A stretch of 33,323 bases of DNA from positions 1 to 33,323 of IMG/VR virus record IMGVR_UViG_3300003971_000005; one strand, 5' to 3'. Position numbers and translations under genes: made by a program. This DNA comes from a virus (taxonomy: Duplodnaviria > Caudoviricetes). The notes below the pieces were generated by a model that did not search any database, was not told where the DNA came from, and saw only the letters and a program-made list of their open reading frames with translations. Of this stretch, positions 1-9,729 are shown piece by piece; positions within the stretch are counted from its first letter, which is position 1, and every line of letters starts with the position of its first letter.

Positions 1-243
1 TCATGACCCCATAATGACGAGCTTCAACAGCGCCCCGACCACGCCCGTGAGGATCAATCCGACAAGGCCGAACGCGACGATCCGGACCGGGTGAAACTCG
101 TGGTGACCGACTTTCCCGGCGAGTTCATCGGTGAGGGCATCGACCCGGCGATCAACGGCGCCGAGCTTCTCCAAAAGTAGGTCTTTGATGAAGTCTAGTT
201 TGGCCGAAATGACTTCGTTGGTCGGCGGTGTTTGTAGGGTCAT
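1..243 (-). CDS. Small membrane protein, holin-like candidate (N-terminal coiled segment, C-terminal TM helix)
   Basis: 80 aa; hydrophobic C-terminus IVAFGLVGLILTGVVGALLKLVI; last gene after the tail fibre; TAAATA 7 nt upstream. Confidence 0.45.
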   Translation of the reverse strand: MTLQTPPTNEVISAKLDFIKDLLLEKLGAVDRRVDALTDELAGKVGHHEFHPVRIVAFGLVGLILTGVVGALLKLVIMGS

Positions 244-272
244 AGCGTTCTATTTATCGCCAGGGTCGCTAT
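242..272 (-). promoter_or_regulatory. TAAATA element (251-256) within a start-occluding hairpin
   Basis: TAAATA-N7-ATG; AUAGCG/CGCUAU stem. Confidence 0.7.
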
Positions 273-589
273 TCGACGACCTCAACCGTGACGGTCAAAG
301 CCGTTGGGCGGCTGGCCAAAACGGTGATGAGAAGACGATCCGCACCCAGATCGTGATCGTCCGTGAGGACCGTGAGGGCTTCCTGAGCGTCGCGCGCCTG
401 GATCGTAACCCGACCGGCGGCAGCGCCCGCCGCGACCGTCACGAGGAAGGTCGGAAGAGTATTCGGCGGGAGCGTTTTGAACTCCGGCGTGACCCAAACG
501 ATGGGATCGCCGTTCTGATCAACAGCGGCGAGTCCGGAAGCTATCGCGGTCAAAATCCCATCATCATCCCAAAAGAACGGCGCTATCAT
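269..589 (-). CDS. Hypothetical protein, possible tail-fibre accessory/chaperone
   Basis: 106 aa beta-rich ORF; ATGA overlap with the fibre stop codon (586-589). Confidence 0.6.
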   Translation of the reverse strand: MIAPFFWDDDGILTAIASGLAAVDQNGDPIVWVTPEFKTLPPNTLPTFLVTVAAGAAAGRVTIQARDAQEALTVLTDDHDLGADRLLITVLASRPTALTVTVEVVE

Positions 590-3500
590 TGCTCGACGCT
601 CACGATACCGAGGCGTTGAGTGTTCTGATCATAGATCGTGTAGGGCGACGGCAGGAGGGTTCCGCCGGGCGTGAACGATCCCGACCTCGACAAGACCGCC
701 TTGTAGGTGAAATCGCCCGTGCTCGTGTTCGTATCGGTGAACGTGAAGGTGATCGATTTCGCACCCTCAAACGAATAGTCGAGGAAGCCGTTGTTCCCGC
801 CCAACGGGTTCGGAGCATCGACTGCATCACCATACTCTTCGACGGTCCAGGTCGCCCCGCCCGCCGAGACCGATTGTGTCGCGACCTGGGTATAGGCCGA
901 TCCGGCGATTGAACGGAAAAGCGTGACGGTCGCCGCTACGGTGTCGGTTCTGGTGCTCGGGTTCGTGTCTCGCGATCCATAGATAGTGTAGCGCCAGGAG
1001 ACCGTTACGGTCTTGGTGTCGCCGTTGGTGCCGAACGGGCCGAGAATGAATTCTTGCGTCGCCGAGAGGCCGGACGCTTCGCCGCCGTTGCGAAGGATAC
1101 CCGCGCTCAACGTCCCGCCGAAATAGGCCGAGCCGTCGTTTTTTAGGTGGAATGTCGAGTTCGCCGTCGTCATCGCGGATAGGGCCATGTTGGACCCAAA
1201 CCACATCACGAGATTGGACGATGTTCCGAAGTTCGGACCCAAAACGAGCTTGGATGATCCGACTTGGATTTCGACCGGAGTCGAGAACCGTGCGTTGCCG
1301 CCGATGATTTCCATGACCTTTTTCAGGCCACTTCCGCCGGTGTTGTAGAGGCCGATAGCCGAGGCGGCCAACATGATGTTTGAGCCGTATGAGGTGGCAT
1401 TCATCCGGAGATACGCGGGGTCGGCGCCAGCCGCCGCGACGATATCGAGATAGGCAGCGGTCTTTCCTTGCAACGTCGAGATCGCACCGGCCTGGGTTGT
1501 CAGCGAGGCGTTCGCCCCGGCGAGGTTGGCCGTGAGAGTCGTGAGCGAGAGGGCTTGAGCCGCCGCGTTCGATGTCCAAGCCGCCGTAACGGCGTTGATC
1601 GATGCCTGGAGGGCCGCGCCGTTTGCAATGGCGTTGGCCGCGTGGCTGGCCGCGACGTTTGACCAGTTTTGCGCCAAGGCGACGTTGGCGGCGGCGTAGG
1701 TGGCGCGCGTCTGCGAGAGGGTGGCGTTTGATGCGGCGAAAGCCGATGCATTGGAGGCGTTGGCCGCATGACCCGCCGCGAGCGCCACGTTGCTGAAGAC
1801 GAGGGCGGCGTTCGAAGTCGCGTATCCCGCCTGGGTCGTCGCCAGGGTCGCATTCGAATTCGAAAAGCCCGAGAAAGTCGCGGCCAAGGTGGCATTGGAG
1901 GCGGCGAAGGCGGCGTTGGCGCTGGCATATCCAGCCTGGGTCGTCGCCAGCGTTACGTTCGATTGGGCGTAGCCCGCGCGCGTAGCGGCCAAGGTGGCAT
2001 TCGAATTCGAGTATCCGGCGAAGGTCGCCGAGAGGGTCGCGTTCGAAGTCGCCAGGGCGGCGTTAGACGTGGCGAATCCAGCCTGGGTCTGGGCGACGGT
2101 GGCGTTGGTTTGGGCGAATCCGGCGCGTGTGGCCGATAGGGTTGCGTTGCTCGCCGCGAACGCCGCGTTCGAAGTCGAGTAACCGGCCTGGGTTGTGGCG
2201 ATTGTCGCATTGGCGGCGGAGTAACCGGCCTGAGTTTGAGAAGCCGTCGAGTTCGCCAAGGCATATCCGGCGAAGGTGGCCGCGAGGGATGCATTCGAAG
2301 TCGCCAGGGCGGCGTTGGACGTGGCGAATCCGGCCTGAGTTTGGGCGACCGTCGCGTTGGCCTCGGCGTAACCTGCGCGAGTGGCCGAGAGGGTGGCGTT
2401 CGATGCGGCGAAGGCGGCATTGGCGTTCGCATACCCTGCCTGCGTCGTCGCCAGGGCAGCGTTTGCGGCGGAGTATCCGGCCAGCGTCCCGGCCAGGGTA
2501 GCGTTGGAAACCGCGACGGCTGCGTTGTCGTTGGCATACCCGGCGAAGGTTGCGGCCAGCGTGGCGTTCGATGCCGCCATCGAGGCGTTGTCGTTGGCGA
2601 ATCCGGCTTGTGTGGTCGAGATCGTCGCGTTGCTGGCGCTGTATCCAGCCGCCGTCTGAGCCGTCGTCGCATTGGCGGCGGCATAGCCGGAGTAGGTCGC
2701 CGCGAGGGTGGCGTTGGACGTGGCCAGGGCCGCGTTGGAATTCGCGAACCCGGCTTGAGCCGTCGAGATCGTGGCATTTGCGGCGGAGTATCCAGCCTGG
2801 GTCGAAGCCGCCGCCGCGTTGGCCGCCGCGTAGCCTGCGAAGGTCGCCGAGAGGGTGGCGTTCGAAGTTGCCAGCGATGCATTCGCCGAGGCGAATCCGG
2901 CCTGAGTGGTCGATATCGTGGCGTTGCTCGCGCTGTATCCCGCCGAGGTCGCGGCGAGCCCGGCATTGGCTGCCGCGTACCCGGCGAACGTGGCCGAGAG
3001 GGTGGCATTCGAGGTCGCGAGGGCGGCGTTAGATGTTGCGAACCCGGCTTGTGTCGTCGAGATCGTGGCATTGGCGGCGGAGTATCCGGCCTGGGTTGAT
3101 GCCGCCGCAGCATTGGCTGCCGCGTACCCGGCGAACGTGGCCGAGAGGGTGGCGTTCGAACTCGCGAGGGCGGCGTTCGAACCGGCGAAACCGGCCTGGG
3201 TGGTCGAGATTGTGGCGTTGCTCGCGCTGTATCCCGCCGAGGTCGCGGCGAGCCCGGCATTGGCCGCCGCATACCCGCTGAAGGTCGCCGCGAGGGTCGC
3301 GTTCGATGTGGCCAGGGCCGCGTTGGAATTTGCGAACCCGGCCTGAGTGGTCGATATCGTGGCGTTGCTCGCGCTGTATCCCGCCGAGGTCGCGGCGAGC
3401 CCGGCATTGGCTGCCGCATAGCCCGCGAAGGTCGCGCTGAGAGTGGCGTTCGAGGTCGCGAGGGCGGCGTTGGCGTTGGCGTATCCGGCCTGCGTTGTCG

Positions 3501-6500
3501 CCAGGGTGACGGACGTATTGGCCGCCGTGGATTCGGTAACATCCTCGAATCGCAAGTAGGCGACTTCGAACGCGCCATCGCCATTCGTTGAGCCGTAGTT
3601 TCCGAAGATAACCGGGCGGAGATAGGCGGGAGGATCGTTGACGGTGACCGCCGTCGCACCCGTGGGAATGTAGGGCGAGGCGAAGGCGTTTTCTTCGACC
3701 TGAATTCCCCAAAGGAGGAAAGATCGTCCCGCGCCGACGACGTTGGCCCCGGCGGCAGCCGTGGGCGAAAGTTGCTGTTGCAAGTAGATTTCAGAGATAG
3801 CGATGGCGCTCGTGGCCGCCGCGCCGGTTAGGCTCCAGCGATACCAACCGTCACCAACGGCGGTAATCGAGTGCGAGGTGGCACCGGCGCCCTTCGATCC
3901 CACGACACCATTTGCGAGATCAAAATTAGCTGAGAACAGCGAAAAGCCATGACCGCCGTAGACTTGTAGGACCGGACAAGACTCATACTTCGCATAGCCG
4001 GAAATCGTGTAGGCCCGGCCCGCGTTCACGGTGAAGTTGTTGAGCCGGGTAATGTAGATATCGCCAGAACCCGCTGAGGTGTCGGTTAGCCGACACGCCG
4101 TCATCGTCCCGTCAGGAGCCGTCGCCGCCGCCGCCGACACCGTGCAAAGAAACTTTGTCCATTGGTCGAGGTCTTGCGAATACGGTTGTCGGTTCGTCCG
4201 CGAGAGCGTCTGGATCGTCTGTGTCGAGGCGGTTGCCGCGCTGATCAGGTACGGCGATGCGGTATCGCCGATCTCGAATTGAGGCCCGGCGATGTGACCG
4301 GTTTCGGTGCCGACGATATCCCCGGCCACGGCTGACTTGAGGTAGACGCGCGGCGTGACGGTTTGGGCCACGGTCGAGTAGCGCGTGATCCGAACGCGGT
4401 TGACGATTGAGGCGCTTGTCGAAGTCGGGACCGCCGCAACCGTCACGAGGCCGCCGCTAAGTGTTGGCGCGACAGTCCCGATATCGGTGTTGTGGAAGAT
4501 TAGATCGTCGTCGCCGAAGCCATCAACGCTGCCGTCGATGCCGAGAACGAACGTCGAGTTGGCCGCCGTGCCTCTCAGGTAGACCGTGAAAGTGACGGCT
4601 TCGCCAGCTTGGACCGCGATGCTATCGCCGGTTACATATCCGAGTGACCCCGCGCCCGAGACCGTGAATAGCCATGCGGCGTTTCCACCGATGGCGGTTG
4701 TCGCGGTTGGCGTGTTTAGCCCGGTCAGCGCCCATGACGTGCCAGTTGCCGAGTTGAGCCAATAGTTCGTTCGGGTCGCGGACTCGGCGAAACTCCCGCT
4801 GACTGTTTGCCAACCCTGGGCCGCCGCTAGGGCGACGACCGATGACGATCCGGCGGATGTCCTCGCCGGGATAATTGGCCCTTGCTGCCGAAAATCGGCA
4901 TCGAGCGGGATGAAGCCAAATCCGGCGATGCTTCCGCCGGTCGTCGGGTCGCTGAATTGTCGGAACTTCGCCGATAGCCGGTAGGAACGTCCCGACGTAA
5001 CGGGGACGACTCCCTTGGTGTGAAGCGGTTGATAGCCGGTCGCGCGCCACGTCTGGCCAATGGTCGTAACCGATTGGAGGGTTCCGTTCGCCATCGTGGC
5101 GACGCTCGCCGTCGATCCGCCCGGTGTTTCAGTCCAGAAGCCGAGTCCGCCCTCAAACGTCGAGGGAAGGGTAGTCGAGACGGTCGAAACCGCGTTCGCC
5201 GCGTAGCTCGCCGCGAGGGCGACATTCGAGAAAACGAGGGCGGCGTTCGCCGTGGCGTAACCGGCCTGGGTCGTCGCGATGTTGGCCGCGACATTGGAGT
5301 TCGCCGCATGGCTGGCGGCCAGGGTGGCGTTGGAAGTCGCCAGGGCGGCATTGGCCGAGGCGTATCCGGCCTGTGTGGTCGAGACCGTTGCGTTGGTCTG
5401 GGCGTACCCGGCGCGGGTGGCGCTGAGCGTGGCATTGCTCGCCGCGAAGGCCGCGTTCGAAGTCGAGTAACCGGCCTGCGTAGTCGCCAGGGTGGCGTTG
5501 GCGGCGGAATAACCGGCCTGTGTAGCGGCGGCGGTCGAATTCGAGTTGGCGTAACCGGCAAAGGTCGCCGCTAGCGTTGCGTTCGAAGTCGCCAGTGCGG
5601 CGTTCGCCGTCGCATATCCGGCCTGTGTTTGGGCGACGGTGGCGTTGGTCTGGGCGTAACCGGCGCGGGTGGCGCTGAGCGTGGCATTGCTCGCCGCGAA
5701 GGCCGCGTTCGAAGTCGAGTAACCGGCCTGCGTGGTCGAGATCGCGGCATTGGAGGCGGAATAACCGGCCTGTGTCGCGGCGGCGGTCGAGTTCGAATTG
5801 GCGTATCCGGCAAAGGTCGCCGAGAGCGTCGCGTTGCTCGCCGCATAGCTCGCATTCGATGAAGCGAACCCGGCCTGAGCCGTCGAGATCGTGGCATTGC
5901 TGGCGGAGTAACCGGCCTGGGTGGCGGCGGCTGAAGCGTTGGCGCCAGCATAGCCGGAATAGGTCGCGGCCAGCGTCGCCGAGGATTGGGCCGCCGCCGA
6001 GTTCGCACCCGCGTAACCGGCCTGTGTCGCCGCCGTGCTCGCCGATGTTTGAGCCGCCGCCGAGTTCGCGCTCGCATAGATCGCTTGGGTATTGGCGACG
6101 ATGGCGTTCGCGTTGGCCCATCCGGCTTTGACTTGAGCATCAACGGCGGAGGCGAGAGAGGCCGCCGCATTGGCTGCCGAGGCCGTCGCATTCGAAATCG
6201 CGAAGGTCGCCATAGCGGCGGCCAATGACGCATTGGAACCGGCCTGGGTCGCGGCGGCTTGCGCCGTGATGGCATTGGCCATCGCCTGGGAAGCTGCGGC
6301 TTGGGTCGCGGTCGCATTGGCCGCCGCGTAGTCGCGGAAGTCCTCGGCCTCGATCCGTGCGGCATCAATGAGGGCGGCGTTGGCGAAGGCCCATGAGGCG
6401 GCATCGGCGGCGCCGTTGGCCGAGTCCTGAGCCTCTTGATAGGCCGTGTTCACGCCCGACTCGATGTCGGCGATCATCCCGGCGATCTCAGAGACATCGA

Positions 6501-8577
6501 CGATCACATTGGCGAGCGCGAACTCAACCGTGACACCGTTCGCCGTGGCGACGTTGTTGGCCAGGAGTTGGCCAGATTCGTTCGTCGCCAAGCCGCCAGG
6601 GACGTTTGCGATTGTGTTCGCGGCCCAATCGATCCCGCCATCCGTGACGGCGGCGACGCGCTGTTCACCCGTGGTGATCGGGCCGAGGATGAGGCGTTGA
6701 GACTTAACGCCGATGACGGTCCGATAGCTGATGCCGACTTCGTAATCCGTCGCGGGCAAGAGGCCCGCCGTGATCTCGCCACGGGTCGCGCTGGCATCAA
6801 TGGCGACTTCGCCAAGCCATCCCATTTCGGCCTGCTCGTCAGCCGATGGGGCCTCGCCCTCAAAGACGAGCGGGCGGCGCCATTCCAGCAATACCTGGGT
6901 CGCGGTGGGTTCGTCGCTTTCGCCCTCGATGACGATGGCGGGTGACGTGACGGCGTTCGAACCCGAGCCCGTCGATATGCTCGTCTCGGTGACGACCCAG
7001 GCATCTTCGCCCGGCGGTTCGGGGTTGGAAGGGTCGAAGGTCTTCAGCGCGGGCGAGGCCGGAGCCTCGGCGGTTTGGCCGAGGGCGAAGGCGTGCTTGG
7101 CATCGGTCTCGGCGCGAAGGCTGAGTTTGACCGTCCAAGTCGCGGGATCGAAATCCCGAGCGACGACGATGAATTTCTGATCATCGAGGGCGAGATCAGG
7201 CAGGGTCACCGTGACGCAATCGCCAGCCCGGACCGCCATAAGTTCGGGCTTTGTCGTCAGGTCGAGTTGGAGGAATTCCCGCCCGTTGACGAGATCATAG
7301 GCCGCGAGTTGATGGGCCTGGGTCGCATCCTGGACGAAAGGATATTCGGCCTCTGTGGACCGGAGTTCGCCGCCATCTTCCTCGACATAGGTCGAAGCCG
7401 TTACGGGCTCGCCGTTCGTGATCTGCCAAAATTGCGATTCCGCACGATATCGCGGCGTGATGTGGTTCTTCCGATCACGGAAGGCGGTCGAGTTGATGAT
7501 CTCGGCGGAGCCGATGACGTGTTCCGGCGTGATGCTGAAGATCGACGACCGGGCCGTGTTGGTGACGCAACTGATCTGCGCCCCGCGCGCGACCGGAACG
7601 GCGCCGCCAGCCTGGAGGAGCGTGCCGAGAACGGCGAACTTGTCATCGGTGGTTTGAACGACACCGCCGACTTTCCAGCCGAGTTCGTCGGCGATGTTGG
7701 CCCCGGCGACGAACGCACTGAGATCGACCTCGGCGGGCGTTGCCCCGATGCCGTAAACGAGAACGTCGTTCTCAAACCGGCCAAGCGTCCAGTTGAGCGC
7801 GCAAAGGTGCGGGTTCTCGCTGAATTCCCAAGTGTCGGGATCATCAATGCGATGATCGCCTTCGCCGCCCGGATAGGTGTCGTCGAGGCGGGGATCGTAA
7901 ACCCGCTGGCCGCGAACGATGTGGACGACCTTCGGAACACCCTGCGGGAAGGTGTTCTGAGAGTAGTCCATGAGCATCACGGCGTGCGCGATGCCGGAGA
8001 GTTTGCCGGGTGATTTCGGGAGTGTGACCCCGGCGTATTGACTCGGCGTTTGGGTTTCAGGAGTCGCGCCGACGCGCCGCGCCATGCGGAACTTGCCGCC
8101 GTGCGTGAACATCTTCGATTTGTAGGTGTGACCGCTTACGGCGTTGACGGTCTGGACGCTGCCAACCGATCCCGAGAGGCCGAGCGTGTAATCGTTCGCC
8201 AGGACACCATCGAACCCGGCGATTGAACCGCCGACGCTCAGGGCGACGATCATCGCCAGCGTTTCGTTCGATTTCCCGAACGTCTCCCGGTAAACGATTG
8301 TCCCGCCCGTCGCGGTGCGGCCATAGACGACGGGAAGGGGATCGTTCCCCGTCAATTTCATATTGAGTTGGGTGCCGGTCGAGGATGGCTTCGGCATCAT
8401 CGAAGACATCGAGAGGCCGAGCGCGAGCGCACTCACGGCCATCCCGACCATACCGATGGCCGACCACGTCGCGACACTCAGGCCGAGGAAGCTCGTCACG
8501 CCGATAGCGGTTGCGACGGCGGCGCCCGCGCTGACTGCTCCGAAGACCGCCACGGCGGCGGCTGCTACCATTGGCAT
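586..8577 (-). CDS. Tail tip/host-specificity (gpJ-like) protein fused to a long Ala-rich heptad-repeat fibre with internal beta-sandwich domains (~2,660 aa)
   Basis: N-terminal gpJ-like motifs (PLPVVYGRTATGG, VRGQRVYDPR, TWEFSENP); likely start is ATG 8577 (TAATG overlap with upstream stop, GGAGGG SD) rather than 8610. Confidence 0.85.
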   Translation of the reverse strand: MPMVAAAAVAVFGAVSAGAAVATAIGVTSFLGLSVATWSAIGMVGMAVSALALGLSMSSMMPKPSSTGTQLNMKLTGNDPLPVVYGRTATGGTIVYRETFGKSNETLAMIVALSVGGSIAGFDGVLANDYTLGLSGSVGSVQTVNAVSGHTYKSKMFTHGGKFRMARRVGATPETQTPSQYAGVTLPKSPGKLSGIAHAVMLMDYSQNTFPQGVPKVVHIVRGQRVYDPRLDDTYPGGEGDHRIDDPDTWEFSENPHLCALNWTLGRFENDVLVYGIGATPAEVDLSAFVAGANIADELGWKVGGVVQTTDDKFAVLGTLLQAGGAVPVARGAQISCVTNTARSSIFSITPEHVIGSAEIINSTAFRDRKNHITPRYRAESQFWQITNGEPVTASTYVEEDGGELRSTEAEYPFVQDATQAHQLAAYDLVNGREFLQLDLTTKPELMAVRAGDCVTVTLPDLALDDQKFIVVARDFDPATWTVKLSLRAETDAKHAFALGQTAEAPASPALKTFDPSNPEPPGEDAWVVTETSISTGSGSNAVTSPAIVIEGESDEPTATQVLLEWRRPLVFEGEAPSADEQAEMGWLGEVAIDASATRGEITAGLLPATDYEVGISYRTVIGVKSQRLILGPITTGEQRVAAVTDGGIDWAANTIANVPGGLATNESGQLLANNVATANGVTVEFALANVIVDVSEIAGMIADIESGVNTAYQEAQDSANGAADAASWAFANAALIDAARIEAEDFRDYAAANATATQAAASQAMANAITAQAAATQAGSNASLAAAMATFAISNATASAANAAASLASAVDAQVKAGWANANAIVANTQAIYASANSAAAQTSASTAATQAGYAGANSAAAQSSATLAATYSGYAGANASAAATQAGYSASNATISTAQAGFASSNASYAASNATLSATFAGYANSNSTAAATQAGYSASNAAISTTQAGYSTSNAAFAASNATLSATRAGYAQTNATVAQTQAGYATANAALATSNATLAATFAGYANSNSTAAATQAGYSAANATLATTQAGYSTSNAAFAASNATLSATRAGYAQTNATVSTTQAGYASANAALATSNATLAASHAANSNVAANIATTQAGYATANAALVFSNVALAASYAANAVSTVSTTLPSTFEGGLGFWTETPGGSTASVATMANGTLQSVTTIGQTWRATGYQPLHTKGVVPVTSGRSYRLSAKFRQFSDPTTGGSIAGFGFIPLDADFRQQGPIIPARTSAGSSSVVALAAAQGWQTVSGSFAESATRTNYWLNSATGTSWALTGLNTPTATTAIGGNAAWLFTVSGAGSLGYVTGDSIAVQAGEAVTFTVYLRGTAANSTFVLGIDGSVDGFGDDDLIFHNTDIGTVAPTLSGGLVTVAAVPTSTSASIVNRVRITRYSTVAQTVTPRVYLKSAVAGDIVGTETGHIAGPQFEIGDTASPYLISAATASTQTIQTLSRTNRQPYSQDLDQWTKFLCTVSAAAATAPDGTMTACRLTDTSAGSGDIYITRLNNFTVNAGRAYTISGYAKYESCPVLQVYGGHGFSLFSANFDLANGVVGSKGAGATSHSITAVGDGWYRWSLTGAAATSAIAISEIYLQQQLSPTAAAGANVVGAGRSFLLWGIQVEENAFASPYIPTGATAVTVNDPPAYLRPVIFGNYGSTNGDGAFEVAYLRFEDVTESTAANTSVTLATTQAGYANANAALATSNATLSATFAGYAAANAGLAATSAGYSASNATISTTQAGFANSNAALATSNATLAATFSGYAAANAGLAATSAGYSASNATISTTQAGFAGSNAALASSNATLSATFAGYAAANAAAASTQAGYSAANATISTTQAGFATSNAALATSNATLSATFAGYAAANAGLAATSAGYSASNATISTTQAGFASANASLATSNATLSATFAGYAAANAAAASTQAGYSAANATISTAQAGFANSNAALATSNATLAATYSGYAAANATTAQTAAGYSASNATISTTQAGFANDNASMAASNATLAATFAGYANDNAAVAVSNATLAGTLAGYSAANAALATTQAGYANANAAFAASNATLSATRAGYAEANATVAQTQAGFATSNAALATSNASLAATFAGYALANSTASQTQAGYSAANATIATTQAGYSTSNAAFAASNATLSATRAGFAQTNATVAQTQAGFATSNAALATSNATLSATFAGYSNSNATLAATRAGYAQSNVTLATTQAGYASANAAFAASNATLAATFSGFSNSNATLATTQAGYATSNAALVFSNVALAAGHAANASNASAFAASNATLSQTRATYAAANVALAQNWSNVAASHAANAIANGAALQASINAVTAAWTSNAAAQALSLTTLTANLAGANASLTTQAGAISTLQGKTAAYLDIVAAAGADPAYLRMNATSYGSNIMLAASAIGLYNTGGSGLKKVMEIIGGNARFSTPVEIQVGSSKLVLGPNFGTSSNLVMWFGSNMALSAMTTANSTFHLKNDGSAYFGGTLSAGILRNGGEASGLSATQEFILGPFGTNGDTKTVTVSWRYTIYGSRDTNPSTRTDTVAATVTLFRSIAGSAYTQVATQSVSAGGATWTVEEYGDAVDAPNPLGGNNGFLDYSFEGAKSITFTFTDTNTSTGDFTYKAVLSRSGSFTPGGTLLPSPYTIYDQNTQRLGIVSVEQ
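1480..3530 (-). repeat. Heptad repeat block 2 of the fibre gene, with a 49-aa/147-bp super-repeat
   Basis: AALATSN-ATLSATF-AGYAAAN-AGLAATS-AGYSASN-ATISTTQ-AGFANSN repeated; near-identical DNA starting at 2904 and 3345 (441 bp = 3x147); boundaries approximate. Confidence 0.85.
5200..6440 (-). repeat. Heptad repeat block 1 of the fibre gene
   Basis: Same 7-aa periodicity (AGYSASN, ATLAATF, AAFAASN); boundaries approximate. Confidence 0.8.
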
Positions 8578-9029
8578 TAGGTGACCCTCCCGAGGGGAGG
8601 AGCCGACCAAGCCTTGGTCGCCGCATTCAACGATCCGAGTTCGCCACGAACACCGCAGCCGTAATCGACGAAGGCCAGGACGCGATCAGCATCAACGACC
8701 ACGCCCAGCGCGGTCCAATCACCCTCACCGGGCAGGCCAACGATGTCGCCAGGAAGGGCGCGAGCCGGAGGAATCCGAGAAAGGCCGACCGTGTTATCGA
8801 GGAAGTCCTCGATCCGCTCGTGACCGGATTTCAGGAGGGCGCGCTTCGCCCCGGATTCGGTCGAGTAGCGGCGAATCTTCGCCAGAGGATCGGGATAGCC
8901 AAGCGCGATGAGATTGGCCGCCGCGAGGTGAGCGCAATCGGCTTTGCCCCAGTCAAATGGGCAAAAGACAAAATCCTTGAACACGGATTGCGCCGCATTC
9001 ACTCGCTCGATCAACGGATTGGAACTCAT
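8577..9029 (-). CDS. Tail assembly protein, NlpC/P60-like (gpK/DUF6950-like)
   Basis: FDWGKADCAHLAA motif and ARALPGDIV; position immediately before the gpJ-like gene. Confidence 0.7.
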   Translation of the reverse strand: MSSNPLIERVNAAQSVFKDFVFCPFDWGKADCAHLAAANLIALGYPDPLAKIRRYSTESGAKRALLKSGHERIEDFLDNTVGLSRIPPARALPGDIVGLPGEGDWTALGVVVDADRVLAFVDYGCGVRGELGSLNAATKAWSAPPLGRVT

Positions 9030-9048
9030 CGAGTATTTAGCCTCGACG
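9027..9048 (-). promoter_or_regulatory. TAAATA element (9034-9039) in a hairpin loop
   Basis: CGUCGAG-GCUAAAUA-CUCGAUG; N4 to ATG. Confidence 0.8.
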
Positions 9049-9054
9049 GCGAAA

Positions 9055-9729
9055 TCACCCGTTGGGACGGAAGATCGAGTCGAGGATGTCGCGCGGCGTT
9101 GCCACTACTGGTCTTGGTGCGGTGTTTGTCGGCTGCGCCTTGGTCGCCGCCTCGGCTCCCCACATCGGATCGACAAGGCTATCGACGTTGAAATCGAGGC
9201 CGGTCTCACCCGCCCATATCGATTGATGCCAAGCGCGGTTTAGGCGGGCGGCCTCACTCGTGATGAAGAGCCGGTCGAAGGCCGAGGCGACATCGAGTTC
9301 AACGACGCGACCGGTATCGACAACGGTGGTCTTGGCGGTTTCGAGCCGACCCGACCAAACGAGTTCGGGCGTTCCGACGACAAGGCCAGTCGCTTCGCTC
9401 ACGATGCCGATCCAAACATAGACGCGGGAGCCCTGAGCGAGTGGAGCCGACAAGGCGCCGACCGCCGAATTCGACGGCGGGAGAAGCGAGACCTGGAGCC
9501 TGGGCGCCGATGTCGCGATGGATTCGTTGATCGAAGAGACCGCGTTGAGGGTGCCGAAGACGGCATCCTTTGACGTGAAGGTCACGGCGGTTCCGTTGAC
9601 GGGAAAGGTCACTTGGCCAGAGCCGCTGACGAGACAGATGGGGTCTTCGCCGATCTCGATCCTGACGGCGGTGAAGACGCGGATGAATGAGCCGCCGAGG
9701 GCGGTGGAAAGCGTCCCGTCCATCGTCAT
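9055..9729 (-). CDS. Minor tail/tail-tip protein (gpL-position)
   Basis: 224 aa; synteny; WHQSIWAGETGLDF C-terminal motif typical of this gene position; ATGA coupling with upstream gene. Confidence 0.65.
   Translation of the reverse strand: MTMDGTLSTALGGSFIRVFTAVRIEIGEDPICLVSGSGQVTFPVNGTAVTFTSKDAVFGTLNAVSSINESIATSAPRLQVSLLPPSNSAVGALSAPLAQGSRVYVWIGIVSEATGLVVGTPELVWSGRLETAKTTVVDTGRVVELDVASAFDRLFITSEAARLNRAWHQSIWAGETGLDFNVDSLVDPMWGAEAATKAQPTNTAPRPVVATPRDILDSIFRPNG

Noticed and set aside
2800-3500. CRISPR-like or DGR-like repeated DNA
   Set aside because: Repeats are in-frame coding duplications with no unique spacers; no cas or reverse transcriptase gene; no adenine-specific template/variable pair seen
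1500-6404. Long alternative-frame ORFs (e.g. 1953-3659, 5153-6121, 2236-3099)
   Set aside because: Arg/Pro-rich shadows of a GC-rich repetitive gene
1480-6440. Ice-nucleation-protein-like repeats (AGY...T)
   Set aside because: INP repeats are 8/16-mers with AGYGST; here the period is 7/49, consistent with an Ala-rich coiled-coil fibre
8578-8610. Upstream fibre start at 8610; likewise 14933, 15346, 23580, 29153, 30370 and 31472
   Set aside because: Downstream starts fit SD, stop-start coupling, signal peptide or domain boundaries better
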